A program made the translations under genes and the position numbers. The notes under the pieces were generated by a model. It was not told the DNA's origin, searched no databases, and worked only from the letters and a program-made list of their open reading frames with translations. DNA of 64,000 nt from Candidatus Latescibacterota bacterium (GTDB lineage: Bacteria > Latescibacterota > UBA2968), in the NCBI GenBank assembly GCA_965116885.1, contig OZ220741.1, positions 3,904,001-3,968,000 of the forward strand, read 5' to 3'. Below are positions 36,977 through 46,635 of this stretch, piece by piece. How positions within the stretch are numbered: the first letter of the stretch is position 1; every line of letters begins with the position of its first letter.

Positions 36977-38269
36977 ATGAGTAAGTGGATAGATGACAAT
37001 ATCAAAGAACGGCCGAATATTCTGATTATTTTTACCGATGATCAGGGATATTCGGATCTTGGGTGTTTTGGAAACAAAAAGAACAAGACACCGCGACTGG
37101 ATCAACTGGCGAAGGAGGGAACGCGCTTCACCAGCTTTTACGCCCAGCCGGTATGCGGTCCGTCTCGGTCGGCATTGCTCACCGGTCGCTATCCGGTCCG
37201 CAGCAAGGGCTGGGGGATGCCTGCCAGTGAGATCACTTTTGCCGAGTTGATGAAACCCGCAGGATACCAGACGGTTTGTATCGGCAAGTGGGATGTCTCG
37301 AACAGGAAGGAAATTATCGAGCGCATGCCGAATGCACAGGGGTTTGATTATTATTACGGTACTCTGGGAGCAAACGACAATGGGTTTATAAAGTTTCACG
37401 AGAATAACACGGCGGTTGGTGAAACAGAAGACATGAGCTGTACGATTCGCATGTACACCGATAAAGCGATTGATTTTCTGGAGAATCGCCGAGATCCGAA
37501 CAAGCCGTTTGTGCTCTATCTGGCGCATACGATGTTGCACACGATCATCGATGCATCTCCTGAGTTTAAGGGAAAATCGGCGGGCGGGCTATATGGGGAC
37601 GTGGTTGAAGAGTTAGACCATGAGACCGGACGTTTGCTCGACAAGCTGGACGCGCTGGGGCTGGGCGATAACACACTGGTGATCTATACGACAGATAATG
37701 GACCGTGGTGCCAGTCCAAATACTATGAAAACAAGAAAGGCCATCCAGAGGGTTCCATCTTTTGGGGCGATCCCGGGCCGCTGCGCGCCGGTAAAGGATC
37801 AGCTTATGAAGCCGGATCTCGTGTGCCCTGTATTGTCCGCTGGCCGGGTAAAGTCCCGGCTGGGCGCACCTCGGATGCGCTCTGGGCCACGATTGATTTA
37901 CTGCCGACTTTTACCGCACTATCAGGTGTCAAACCGCCAACAGATCGCGTGATTGATGGCATTGATCAGACCGCATTGCTCCTGGGACAGGCCGAAGAGG
38001 GCCGAGAAACCTTTATCTATGATCAGGTGGGAGATGGCGATGCCAATATGGGCGTCGGTATTAGAAAGAAAAATTGGAAGTTGCTGCTTCCTGGGCGCAA
38101 ACCGGAACAAGACCATCGATTTCTGATGGATTTTGGAACAAATGGTCTGGAGTTATACGATCTGGATAGCGATATTGGTGAAAAAAACAACATCGCAGAC
38201 GATCATCCTGAAGTCGTGAAAGAACTCCGTGAAACCTTAGACAGTTTTAAAAAAGGTGTAGTGGAATGA
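36977..38269 (+). CDS. Sulfatase (arylsulfatase A-like)
   Basis: TDDQGY, CGPSRSALLTG, GKWD, TDNG. Confidence 0.92.
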   Translation: MSKWIDDNIKERPNILIIFTDDQGYSDLGCFGNKKNKTPRLDQLAKEGTRFTSFYAQPVCGPSRSALLTGRYPVRSKGWGMPASEITFAELMKPAGYQTVCIGKWDVSNRKEIIERMPNAQGFDYYYGTLGANDNGFIKFHENNTAVGETEDMSCTIRMYTDKAIDFLENRRDPNKPFVLYLAHTMLHTIIDASPEFKGKSAGGLYGDVVEELDHETGRLLDKLDALGLGDNTLVIYTTDNGPWCQSKYYENKKGHPEGSIFWGDPGPLRAGKGSAYEAGSRVPCIVRWPGKVPAGRTSDALWATIDLLPTFTALSGVKPPTDRVIDGIDQTALLLGQAEEGRETFIYDQVGDGDANMGVGIRKKNWKLLLPGRKPEQDHRFLMDFGTNGLELYDLDSDIGEKNNIADDHPEVVKELRETLDSFKKGVVE

Positions 38270-38285
38270 TGGAAAGGAGTAGAGA

Positions 38286-39077
38286 ATGGGTGCGTTTTAT
38301 ATACCCGAAGATGCAGAGGCGCAGTTTGAAGAGCGTGGTTATTTTGTGGTGCGAAATTTGATTTCAGCCCGAGCCGTTGAGGCGGTGCGAAGTGAGCTTG
38401 AGCGGGTCATCGCAGAAAAGCCGGAAGGATTCAGATTGACCACTGATCGCGCAGATGATAAAGGTGTTGACGGTGATGCGGCGGTATGGGCTGTTGGGGA
38501 TCGCGATCTGCACAGCCCAGTTCTTTGGGAGGAGTGGCTGACCGCAGAAAACGTGATTGCAATGAACAGACGCTTTCTGGGTGAAAATGTTCGCGTTCAG
38601 GGTACGCGTTTTTTTACCAAACAGGCCCGAATAGGTGAATCTGTGCCCTGGCATCAGGACATTTGGTTGTGGGAGCGCGATGCGTCACATGGTATCAGAC
38701 CGCACAAGCGAGAACATTTCAACTGCTGGGTAGCTTTGGAGGCTGTCGATCTGGAGAATGGGTGTTTGCATGTGATGCCCGGTAGCCACAAAGGAGGAGT
38801 GATCGAACACGTTCAGTATGATGGGTTGCACCCAGAGATTCCGCGTGAGTTGGTGGCTGATAATACACCTGAGCCTGTGCCGCTTGGACCGGGCGATGCT
38901 GTGATCTGGCATGCGCATATGTGGCATATGAGTCCCCCGAATCCGAGCGATCGCACGCGATGGGGCGGTGTTATGATCACGTTTCGCGAAGAGATGGCTG
39001 AAAAGGCGAATCAGGCCGATCGGGGAATGCTCATCCGCAATGGGAAGGCGTGTTCTTATCCAGGACCGATTCGTTGA
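38286..39077 (+). CDS. PhyH family dioxygenase
   Basis: PWHQD, ENGCL..PGSH, WHMSPPN..R. Confidence 0.9.
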   Translation: MGAFYIPEDAEAQFEERGYFVVRNLISARAVEAVRSELERVIAEKPEGFRLTTDRADDKGVDGDAAVWAVGDRDLHSPVLWEEWLTAENVIAMNRRFLGENVRVQGTRFFTKQARIGESVPWHQDIWLWERDASHGIRPHKREHFNCWVALEAVDLENGCLHVMPGSHKGGVIEHVQYDGLHPEIPRELVADNTPEPVPLGPGDAVIWHAHMWHMSPPNPSDRTRWGGVMITFREEMAEKANQADRGMLIRNGKACSYPGPIR

Positions 39078-39135
39078 GCCACATCTCCAATAGTTATACC
39101 TGCTTTTTGTCACACCGACATGAAGGGATCGAAGA

Positions 39136-40530
39136 ATGCCAAAAGATTCACCGAATATCATCCTGATAAATTGCGATGATTTAGGATACGCCGATATCGG
39201 CTGTTATGGATCAACGCTCAACAAAACACCAGCACTCGACCGGTTGGCCGAACAAGGCATGCGGTTCACCGATTTCTACGCTGCCGCGCCGGTATGCACC
39301 CCCTCCAGAGCTGCTATGCTGGCTGGCTCATACCCTCGAAGGCTCAACATGCATGCTTTTGACATTCGAAAAACCGATGGCTCAGGAGAGATTCTCGAAC
39401 ATCGGGGGGTGTTGTTTCCTGGACAGGCCGAGGGGCTGAACCCCCAGGAGAAGACGATTGCGTCGGTGTTGAAGGGGGGTGGGTACACGACAAAAATGAT
39501 CGGAAAGTGGCATGTGGGAGACCAGCCTGAGTTTTTACCTGCGCATTATGGTTTTGATTCCTGGTTTGGGATCCCGTATAGCAACGACATGGGGCTTCAA
39601 ACTCGGAGCCCTGAAAAAGTCTGGGCGCAACATATCAAGGCTCCCCTGCCTCTCGTGCGGGATAGCGTGGTGGTACAAGAACAGCCCGATCAGACCTCTG
39701 TTACGGAAAGATACACCGAGGAGGCTGTGACGTTTATCAGAGAGAACGCTGATCGTCCGTTTTTCCTTTATTTCGCGCATACCTATGTACACAACCCATT
39801 GTTCGTACCGGAAGTCTTCGAAAGACAGTCAGAGAATGGTATCCTCGGTGCAGCAGTCGCGCATATCGACTGGAGTTTGGCGATGCTCGAATACGAGCTC
39901 GAACGATGCGGCTTGACGGACGATACACTCATTATTTTTACATCCGACAATGGTGGCGCGAGGAAGAGTGTTAATACACCCTTACGGGGATTCAAGGGAT
40001 CGACCTGGGAAGGAGGCCAGCGGGTGAACTGCATTATGAAATGGCCTGCACGCATTCCTGCAGGAACAACCTGTGGCGAGATCAGCACCATGATGGATTT
40101 CCTGCCAACGTTCGCTGACATAACAGGAGCCGATATTGAAGACGGCGTCATTCGAGATGGTCATACGATGCTGGGGCTCATGACGCAGGAAGCTGGCGCG
40201 TCATCTGGATACAAAGAATTTCTGTACTTCAAGGAGGGCAATCTCAATGCGATACGGAGTGGCGACTATAAACTGCATCTCCATCTCAAAGAGCTGTACA
40301 ATCTGGATGCCGACGTTGGGGAGACAGACAATAAGTACGACGAATGCCCTGATGTGGTTCAGAAGCTCTTATATATGGCTGAATTAGCCCGCGAGGATTT
40401 GGGAGACGACATCGCGGGCGTTACCGGTGCAAACCAGCGTCCCTGTGGGTGGGTTGAAAACCCCAAGCCACTTACGACCTACGATCCCAACCATCCGTAT
40501 ATCGTCGCGTTGTACGATATACCGGGATAA
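39136..40530 (+). CDS. Sulfatase (arylsulfatase A-like)
   Basis: DDLGY, CTPSRAAML, GKWH, PYSNDM, SDNG. Confidence 0.92.
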   Translation: MPKDSPNIILINCDDLGYADIGCYGSTLNKTPALDRLAEQGMRFTDFYAAAPVCTPSRAAMLAGSYPRRLNMHAFDIRKTDGSGEILEHRGVLFPGQAEGLNPQEKTIASVLKGGGYTTKMIGKWHVGDQPEFLPAHYGFDSWFGIPYSNDMGLQTRSPEKVWAQHIKAPLPLVRDSVVVQEQPDQTSVTERYTEEAVTFIRENADRPFFLYFAHTYVHNPLFVPEVFERQSENGILGAAVAHIDWSLAMLEYELERCGLTDDTLIIFTSDNGGARKSVNTPLRGFKGSTWEGGQRVNCIMKWPARIPAGTTCGEISTMMDFLPTFADITGADIEDGVIRDGHTMLGLMTQEAGASSGYKEFLYFKEGNLNAIRSGDYKLHLHLKELYNLDADVGETDNKYDECPDVVQKLLYMAELAREDLGDDIAGVTGANQRPCGWVENPKPLTTYDPNHPYIVALYDIPG

Positions 40531-40586
40531 GAAAGAATATTGCCCCAGCCATAGCTTTTTTAACCCTTAAACCAGGTGAGTTGATT

Positions 40587-41774
40587 ATGTCAAAACACTT
40601 AAATTTAGATGAGCGGCTGCGCGTCCCCTACTCCATCGGCACGGGCATTCCCAAAGGTGGCGATGCAGAGATTGAGGGGTATGTGCAATCGCTGCGAACC
40701 CAGGGGTTCTGCGTCATCGAGCGGGTGATTCCCAAAGATCAGATTGACGCGGTACGCGAGAGTGTACACCGGGGTCGCGAGTTGTTGCAACAGGACCGCG
40801 AGGTGGAGCGCCGCAAGCGCATAGAGCTACAGCGTCAGAGAGACCCCGATGCCGAGATTGACGACAGCGCTGAACGCTTCGAAAGATGGCGCCAGGACCC
40901 GGTGCGGCCACCGATGGCACCGCACGCCGAGTTGTGCGATATCGCGCGATGCGAGACCTTCGCCGAGTATCTCGCGGAGCCTCGCGTACTGCGGGTTGCC
41001 AGAGCCATGCTCGATACACACATCCGTATTTTGCAGACGGAGGTCAACAAGTCGTCGCGACCGGCGAAGAAACCGCTATCCGAGCAGCAACTTAAGCACC
41101 GTGGTTGGCATTCTGACTGGCCACACGATCTGAGCGCGTATGGGCCAAACAGCGAACATCCCTGGAAGCACTGCGGCGCAGTCGCCCAGCCCTTCCCCGA
41201 CGTCTGCATGGCACTATCCACGGTCTGGTACCTCGGTCCGGAAGACGTGACCCCGTTCAACGGCGGCACGTGGATTGTGCCGGGGTCGCACAAAGACCCG
41301 CGTAACCCGCGAGGTCCCGACGATGGCATCGACGCGCGCGCGCCAATTCCAGGAGAATTCCAGGTCTCTGCTCCGGCGGGCTCGGTTTTTATGCAGGACA
41401 CGAGGATCTGGCACTCGAGCGGGCTTAACCAGAGCGAACACGAGCGCACGGCGGTGGTGTGCCGATATGGGCCGTGGTGGCTGTCTGGGAATGAGTTTGG
41501 CAACTTGCACTCGGGCGGCCACACACTAAGGACCTACGTGCCGCGGGAGGTTTTCGCCAGGTTCTCTCCGGAGCTGAAGCTGCTGTATCGGCACATCGCT
41601 GAGGGCGAGCAGGATGTGCTACAGCCGGAGAACCAGCACAAGGCGTTGCGCGCCAGGTTTGTGGATCAACCGGAACTGCGCCATCCGGACCGCATCGGCG
41701 ACAACAGCCACATCGTCGCCGGGGGCATGAGTGTTGAGGAATGGGAACGCAGCCGGGGCGAGTCTGCCAGATGA
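40587..41774 (+). CDS. PhyH family dioxygenase with charged insertion
   Basis: GWHSDWPHD, NGGT..PGSH, WHS..N..R. Confidence 0.85.
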   Translation: MSKHLNLDERLRVPYSIGTGIPKGGDAEIEGYVQSLRTQGFCVIERVIPKDQIDAVRESVHRGRELLQQDREVERRKRIELQRQRDPDAEIDDSAERFERWRQDPVRPPMAPHAELCDIARCETFAEYLAEPRVLRVARAMLDTHIRILQTEVNKSSRPAKKPLSEQQLKHRGWHSDWPHDLSAYGPNSEHPWKHCGAVAQPFPDVCMALSTVWYLGPEDVTPFNGGTWIVPGSHKDPRNPRGPDDGIDARAPIPGEFQVSAPAGSVFMQDTRIWHSSGLNQSEHERTAVVCRYGPWWLSGNEFGNLHSGGHTLRTYVPREVFARFSPELKLLYRHIAEGEQDVLQPENQHKALRARFVDQPELRHPDRIGDNSHIVAGGMSVEEWERSRGESAR

Positions 41775-41798
41775 CAGAACCATTGCAGGAGGAGTGAT

Positions 41799-42920
41799 AT
41801 GAGCCATACATACCGGGTCGGGGTGATCGGCTTTGCACATATGCATGTCAACAATGTTGCCGCGTTGTTTGCACAACACTCGCAGGTTGATATGGTAGCC
41901 TGTGCGGATACCGTGCCGACGGTTCCCGAGTTGCGCGCCGCGCCGTACACTCGTGGGTGGAACATGAAAAACGCGCTGAACGCGATAGGGATTCCGAAAG
42001 CGTACGAAGATTATCGAGAGATGCTGGCGAAGGAAGCGCTCGACATCGCAATCTGCACGACCGAAAATGCGCGCCACCCGGAAGTGGTGGCCGCCTGCGC
42101 GCAGGCGAATGCTCATGTATGCGTAGAGAAACCGATGGCAATGTCGATGTCTGATGCGTTGCAGATGGCCCGCGCTTGCGAAGCCGCAGGGGTGACAATG
42201 GCGGTGAATTGGCCGATTACGTGGCGTCCTGCTGCGAGAAAGGCCAAAGAGCTGATTGATCAAGGCGTGATCGGTCGCGTACTCGAAGTCCGTTGGCGGG
42301 GTGGTCACCGCGGACCGCTCGGGGCGGGTGTTAGTCATGCAGGCGTAAGCGGAGGTGCGGAAGCGATGAACGAGCGGGAGCTGGGTGCTACCTGGTGGCA
42401 TCGCGCGTCGGATGGCGGGGGTGCGATGCTGGACTTCTGTTCCTATGGAGCCCTTGTCGCGCGATGGTATATCGGTGAACCTGGCGTGTCGGCAATCGGA
42501 ATGCGAGCGAACTTGAATAGCCCGTGGGGTGACGCAGACGACAACGGCGTGATGATCGTCCGGTTTTCGCGTGCAATGGGCGTGTTTGAGGGAACCTGGA
42601 CTACCAGGCATCAGGGAGTACCGAATGGTCCGATTGTATATGGGACGAAAGGCACGTTGGTGGCAGGGGGAGGTAGGGGCAAGCCAACTGTCCAGGTAGA
42701 GGCCGGTGAGAGTGCTACCTATTCGTGCGAGAGGTTGCCCCAGGGACGTCGTCAGATATCCGAGGAATTAATTCACCATCTGGACACGGGTGAGCCCTTA
42801 CATGAAACGTTGCAGGTAGGCATAAATCTCGATGCAACGGCTATTGTAGATGCTGGAATCCGGTCTGCTGATAGCGGGAAATTGGAGCCTGTGAACGGCC
42901 CGGATTGGGCAATCGGATAG
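41799..42920 (+). CDS. Gfo/Idh/MocA family oxidoreductase
   Basis: GVIGFAH, VEKPMA, GGGAMLDF; AGGAGG RBS. Confidence 0.9.
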   Translation: MSHTYRVGVIGFAHMHVNNVAALFAQHSQVDMVACADTVPTVPELRAAPYTRGWNMKNALNAIGIPKAYEDYREMLAKEALDIAICTTENARHPEVVAACAQANAHVCVEKPMAMSMSDALQMARACEAAGVTMAVNWPITWRPAARKAKELIDQGVIGRVLEVRWRGGHRGPLGAGVSHAGVSGGAEAMNERELGATWWHRASDGGGAMLDFCSYGALVARWYIGEPGVSAIGMRANLNSPWGDADDNGVMIVRFSRAMGVFEGTWTTRHQGVPNGPIVYGTKGTLVAGGGRGKPTVQVEAGESATYSCERLPQGRRQISEELIHHLDTGEPLHETLQVGINLDATAIVDAGIRSADSGKLEPVNGPDWAIG

Positions 42921-43038
42921 CAGGGTGAAAGGAGATTGTGTGCAAAATTCGGATGGGACCATCGTTGTGAGCGATGTCGCGAAGTGGGAGATGGATGCGA
43001 CGAATCCCTTGTGATAAAGGAGTGAAGGGAGTAGTGCA

Positions 43039-44400
43039 ATGGGAAAACAAAATATTGAGAAGCCGAATATCGTCTATATCATGCTGGATGAGTGGGGATA
43101 CTTTGAGTGGTCCGCCATGGACCATCCCATTCTTCAGACGCCCAATATCGACAAGATGGCGTCTGAGGGCATCCAGTTTACTCAGATGCTTGCGGGAGGC
43201 AATGTCTGTGCTCCGACGCGTTGTGCACTGATGACAGGTCAGCATACGGGACATACAACGATCCGCGCAAATGGCGGCGGTCTGGCACTGCGTACAGATG
43301 ATGTGACCATCGCTGAAATGCTCAAAGCCGAGGGCTACGCTACTGGTGGCTTCGGCAAGTGGGGCCTGGGCGATGCCGGGACAACGGGTGTGCCAGAGAA
43401 ACACGGCTTTGATACCTTCTTCGGTTATTATCATCAGGTGCATGCACACACTTACTATCCGAGATACCTTCTCCACAATAGCGAGAAGATGTATCTGGAG
43501 GGGAATACAGGTGATTTCCACACTGGCGAGGTGTTCTCCCATGGCCTCATCTATGAAGAGGGGCTGAAGTTCATACGAGAGAACAAAGATCGCCCGTTCT
43601 TTGCCTATCTTCCGTGGACGCCTCCGCACGGCCAGTGGATGATGCCCGAATCGGATCCAGCATGGCAGAAGTACAGGGACGTGAAATGGGATGCCACGAA
43701 CCAGAGAGGATCTTACGATGCACAGATGTACGCCGCGATGATGGAAATGGCTGATCGCCAGATCGGTGAGATCATGGATCTGCTGAAGGCGCTGAAGATC
43801 GACGAGAAGACCATCATTTTTGCTTGCGGCGACAATGGTGGCGCGCCTTATTTTGCAAATGATAATCATCCGCATGGCTTTTTTGCCCCCAATCTGAATC
43901 CCGGGACGGGCGAACGTTTCCGTGGGGGCAAGGGCAATTTCTATGAAGGCGGGCTACGGGTTCCCTTCATTGTCCGGTGGCCGGGTCAGATCGAGCCGGG
44001 AACGGTTTCTGATCATCTGGGATACTTTCCGGATGTAATGCCCACTCTGGCGGAATTAACGGGGGCGAAGTCCGGGTCTGAGATTGATGGTATTTCGATC
44101 GCGCCCACATTGCGCGGTGAGACCGGGCGCACGCAGGCGCAGCACGAGTACCTGTACTGGGAGGATCGGAAAAGTTGCGCTGTTCGTATGGGGAGTTGGA
44201 AAGCCGTGAGACCAGACAATGACGGGCCGTTTGAGTTGTATGACTTGAGCACAGATGTAGAAGAACTGAACGATGTTGCTGCTCAGTATTCTGACATTCT
44301 CGAGAAGATGACGCAGTATGCCGGGGATGCTCACACACCGGTTCGCGAAGGCGAGATTCTCGATCCATCTATGGGATTCAAAGGACACGATGAGGATTAG
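43039..44400 (+). CDS. Arylsulfatase
   Basis: DEWGY, CAPTRCALMTG, GKWGL, DNG. Confidence 0.92.
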   Translation: MGKQNIEKPNIVYIMLDEWGYFEWSAMDHPILQTPNIDKMASEGIQFTQMLAGGNVCAPTRCALMTGQHTGHTTIRANGGGLALRTDDVTIAEMLKAEGYATGGFGKWGLGDAGTTGVPEKHGFDTFFGYYHQVHAHTYYPRYLLHNSEKMYLEGNTGDFHTGEVFSHGLIYEEGLKFIRENKDRPFFAYLPWTPPHGQWMMPESDPAWQKYRDVKWDATNQRGSYDAQMYAAMMEMADRQIGEIMDLLKALKIDEKTIIFACGDNGGAPYFANDNHPHGFFAPNLNPGTGERFRGGKGNFYEGGLRVPFIVRWPGQIEPGTVSDHLGYFPDVMPTLAELTGAKSGSEIDGISIAPTLRGETGRTQAQHEYLYWEDRKSCAVRMGSWKAVRPDNDGPFELYDLSTDVEELNDVAAQYSDILEKMTQYAGDAHTPVREGEILDPSMGFKGHDED

Positions 44401-44407
44401 GTCGTTC

Positions 44408-45772
44408 ATGGCAGACACTAAAGCAAACAAAAGCAATCAACCCAATGTGCTCTTTATCGCCATTGACGATCTATGCGGTTGTCCCGATGCGATGAATGGA
44501 GAAACCTCTGTTCACACTCCCAATATGAATGCGCTTGCCCAAAAGGGCGTGTATTTTACCAATGCACATTGTGCAGCGCCTGCGTGCAATCCTTCACGTG
44601 TAAGTGTGATGACCGGATTGGCACCATCGACATCGGGCGTGTATCTCAACAGGCAGGACTGGCGAGATTGTAAGAACCTGAGAGATAGGGTTACACTGCC
44701 TCAATATTTTAAGGACAAGGGGTACAAAACCCTTGGCGGCGGAAAGGTGTACCACGGGGCGACCCTGAGCGAAAAGATGTATGAGGGATATCTCGATCCC
44801 CGCCCCTGGGACGAATACTTTCCATCGAAGAACCGTCAAATGCCTCGGGAAGTCGCGCCAGATGTTTGGCCTGTAAATGGGAGCAAAAAGTTTTATCGCG
44901 GATATTTTGATTGGGCGGCATTGGATATTGAAACTGGAGAAATGGCCGATGCCAAAGTCGTGTCGTGGGCAGAGCAACAACTGTCTCGAGACCATGGTCA
45001 GCCTTTGTTTCTGGCCGTGGGGATCTATCGACCGCATATTCCATGGTATGTGCCAGAAGAATATTTCGAGAGACATCCCTATGACGAAGTTGCAGTACCT
45101 GAGGTTCTTGAAAGCGATCTGGATGATGTGCCAGAAGCAGGTCAGGCGATGGCCAGGCGTACATGGCACAAATGGATGGTTGAAAATGACAAATGGAAAG
45201 AGGCTGTTCAGGCATATCATGCGGCTGTCAGTTTTACCGATGACATGATTGGGCGTCTATTGGCTGCACTTCAAAACGGGCCTCACGCCGAAAAAACTAT
45301 TATTGTATTGTGGTCAGACAATGGGTATCATCTGGGGCAAAAGGAGCATTGGGAGAAATTTGCATTGTGGGAGCAGACCACGCGGGTACCGATGATCATC
45401 GTTGCGCCTGGAGAAATTGTCTCGGGCAAGGTCTGCAAGCAGGCTGTCAGCCTGCTCGATATTTATCCCACGCTGATCGAATTGTCTGGCGGCAAAATAT
45501 CAGGAGATTTCGATGGCGTGAGTCTGGTCCCTTTGCTGCATAACCCAGAGGAAGAGACCCATCGCGCAGTGGTCTGTACACAGGGATTCAATAACCATGC
45601 CGTAAGATCGGATAGGTGGCGTTATATCCGATATGAAGACGGCTCGGAAGAATTATACGACCATCAAAACGATGGGAAAGAGTTCCACAATCTGGCAGAT
45701 CGGGAAGCGTATGTTTCCGTCAAACGAGAACTGGTAGCCTGGTTGCCAAAACACAATGCGGAACCACAATAG
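44408..45772 (+). CDS. Sulfatase (iduronate-2-sulfatase/choline-sulfatase-like)
   Basis: IDDL, CNPSRVSVMTG, GKVYH, YRPHIPW, SDNGYHLGQK. Confidence 0.92.
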   Translation: MADTKANKSNQPNVLFIAIDDLCGCPDAMNGETSVHTPNMNALAQKGVYFTNAHCAAPACNPSRVSVMTGLAPSTSGVYLNRQDWRDCKNLRDRVTLPQYFKDKGYKTLGGGKVYHGATLSEKMYEGYLDPRPWDEYFPSKNRQMPREVAPDVWPVNGSKKFYRGYFDWAALDIETGEMADAKVVSWAEQQLSRDHGQPLFLAVGIYRPHIPWYVPEEYFERHPYDEVAVPEVLESDLDDVPEAGQAMARRTWHKWMVENDKWKEAVQAYHAAVSFTDDMIGRLLAALQNGPHAEKTIIVLWSDNGYHLGQKEHWEKFALWEQTTRVPMIIVAPGEIVSGKVCKQAVSLLDIYPTLIELSGGKISGDFDGVSLVPLLHNPEEETHRAVVCTQGFNNHAVRSDRWRYIRYEDGSEELYDHQNDGKEFHNLADREAYVSVKRELVAWLPKHNAEPQ

Positions 45773-45796
45773 ATGGTAACAAACAGGGAGAAGGCT

Positions 45797-46573
45797 ATGA
45801 AACTCACCACTGAACAAATCAGTGAATTTTACCACCGAGGGTATGTCAAAATCCCCGGTGTGATCTCAAAATCAATGGTTGATACGGCTCGTCAAGCGAT
45901 CAACTATTCTATCGGTACACTCAGCCCGAAGGGTCTGAATTTGGCAAAGCACCACGGTGGTGGTGAGGTCGTCAGCAACCTCAATAGCAGCCCAATGATC
46001 AAGGATCTGTACCACAAAAGCCCTGTCATTTCTCTGACCGAATCTCTACTGGGCAAAGGAAATCTTAAAGTCCCCATTGGCAGGACAACTCCCGCCTCGC
46101 GTTTTCCCAATGTCCTGGGCAAAGCACCGCCCGAACCGACCGGTCACATCGATAATATGGGCAATGGGAGAAACGGCAAACCAAAAGGTTCCTATCACCG
46201 GGGCTTTACCTGCTTTGGCATCATCTATCTCGCCGATGTACCCGAGCCTTATAGTGGGAATTTCACAGTCTGGCCCGGGTCTCATCACGTCTATGAAGAC
46301 TATCTCAATAAGGAGGGCATTGAAATTCTCTCCAATGGACAGCCACGTATCGACCAGCCCGAGCCACCGGATATGATCACCGGTCAGGCAGGGGATCTCA
46401 TTCTCGCTCATTTTTTAGTGTATCACTGCGCCAGTCCCAATGCTTCTCCCAATATTCGCTATGCCACAATTGCCCGCATGAGCCATGTTGATTGCGCGAA
46501 AAACGGCAACGACTGCTTCACCGACATCTGGCGAGAATTTTCCTGTGTCCGCGAAGTGATGGGCCTTGACTGA
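45797..46573 (+). CDS. PhyH family dioxygenase
   Basis: GHID, GNFTVWPGSH, YH...N...R; alternative start 45773. Confidence 0.82.
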   Translation: MKLTTEQISEFYHRGYVKIPGVISKSMVDTARQAINYSIGTLSPKGLNLAKHHGGGEVVSNLNSSPMIKDLYHKSPVISLTESLLGKGNLKVPIGRTTPASRFPNVLGKAPPEPTGHIDNMGNGRNGKPKGSYHRGFTCFGIIYLADVPEPYSGNFTVWPGSHHVYEDYLNKEGIEILSNGQPRIDQPEPPDMITGQAGDLILAHFLVYHCASPNASPNIRYATIARMSHVDCAKNGNDCFTDIWREFSCVREVMGLD

Positions 46574-46635
46574 GAATTTTAAGCCACTGATGTGAAGGAG
46601 ATTGTGGCGGCCGAAAAGGCAACGGGCTACAGCTA

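Noticed and set aside
35583..37540. 458-aa and 294-aa minus-strand ORFs
   Set aside because: Antisense shadows of sulfatase genes. The same applies to 8420-9109, 28671-29621, 41619-42611 and 42841-43875.
42925..43030. AAGGAG followed by short ORFs of 24-29 codons
   Set aside because: Too short, two competing frames, and no recognisable motif.
45770..45775. TAG directly followed by an in-frame ATG (possible read-through or pyrrolysine)
   Set aside because: Sulfatase and PhyH domains are each complete, and an RBS precedes ATG 45797.
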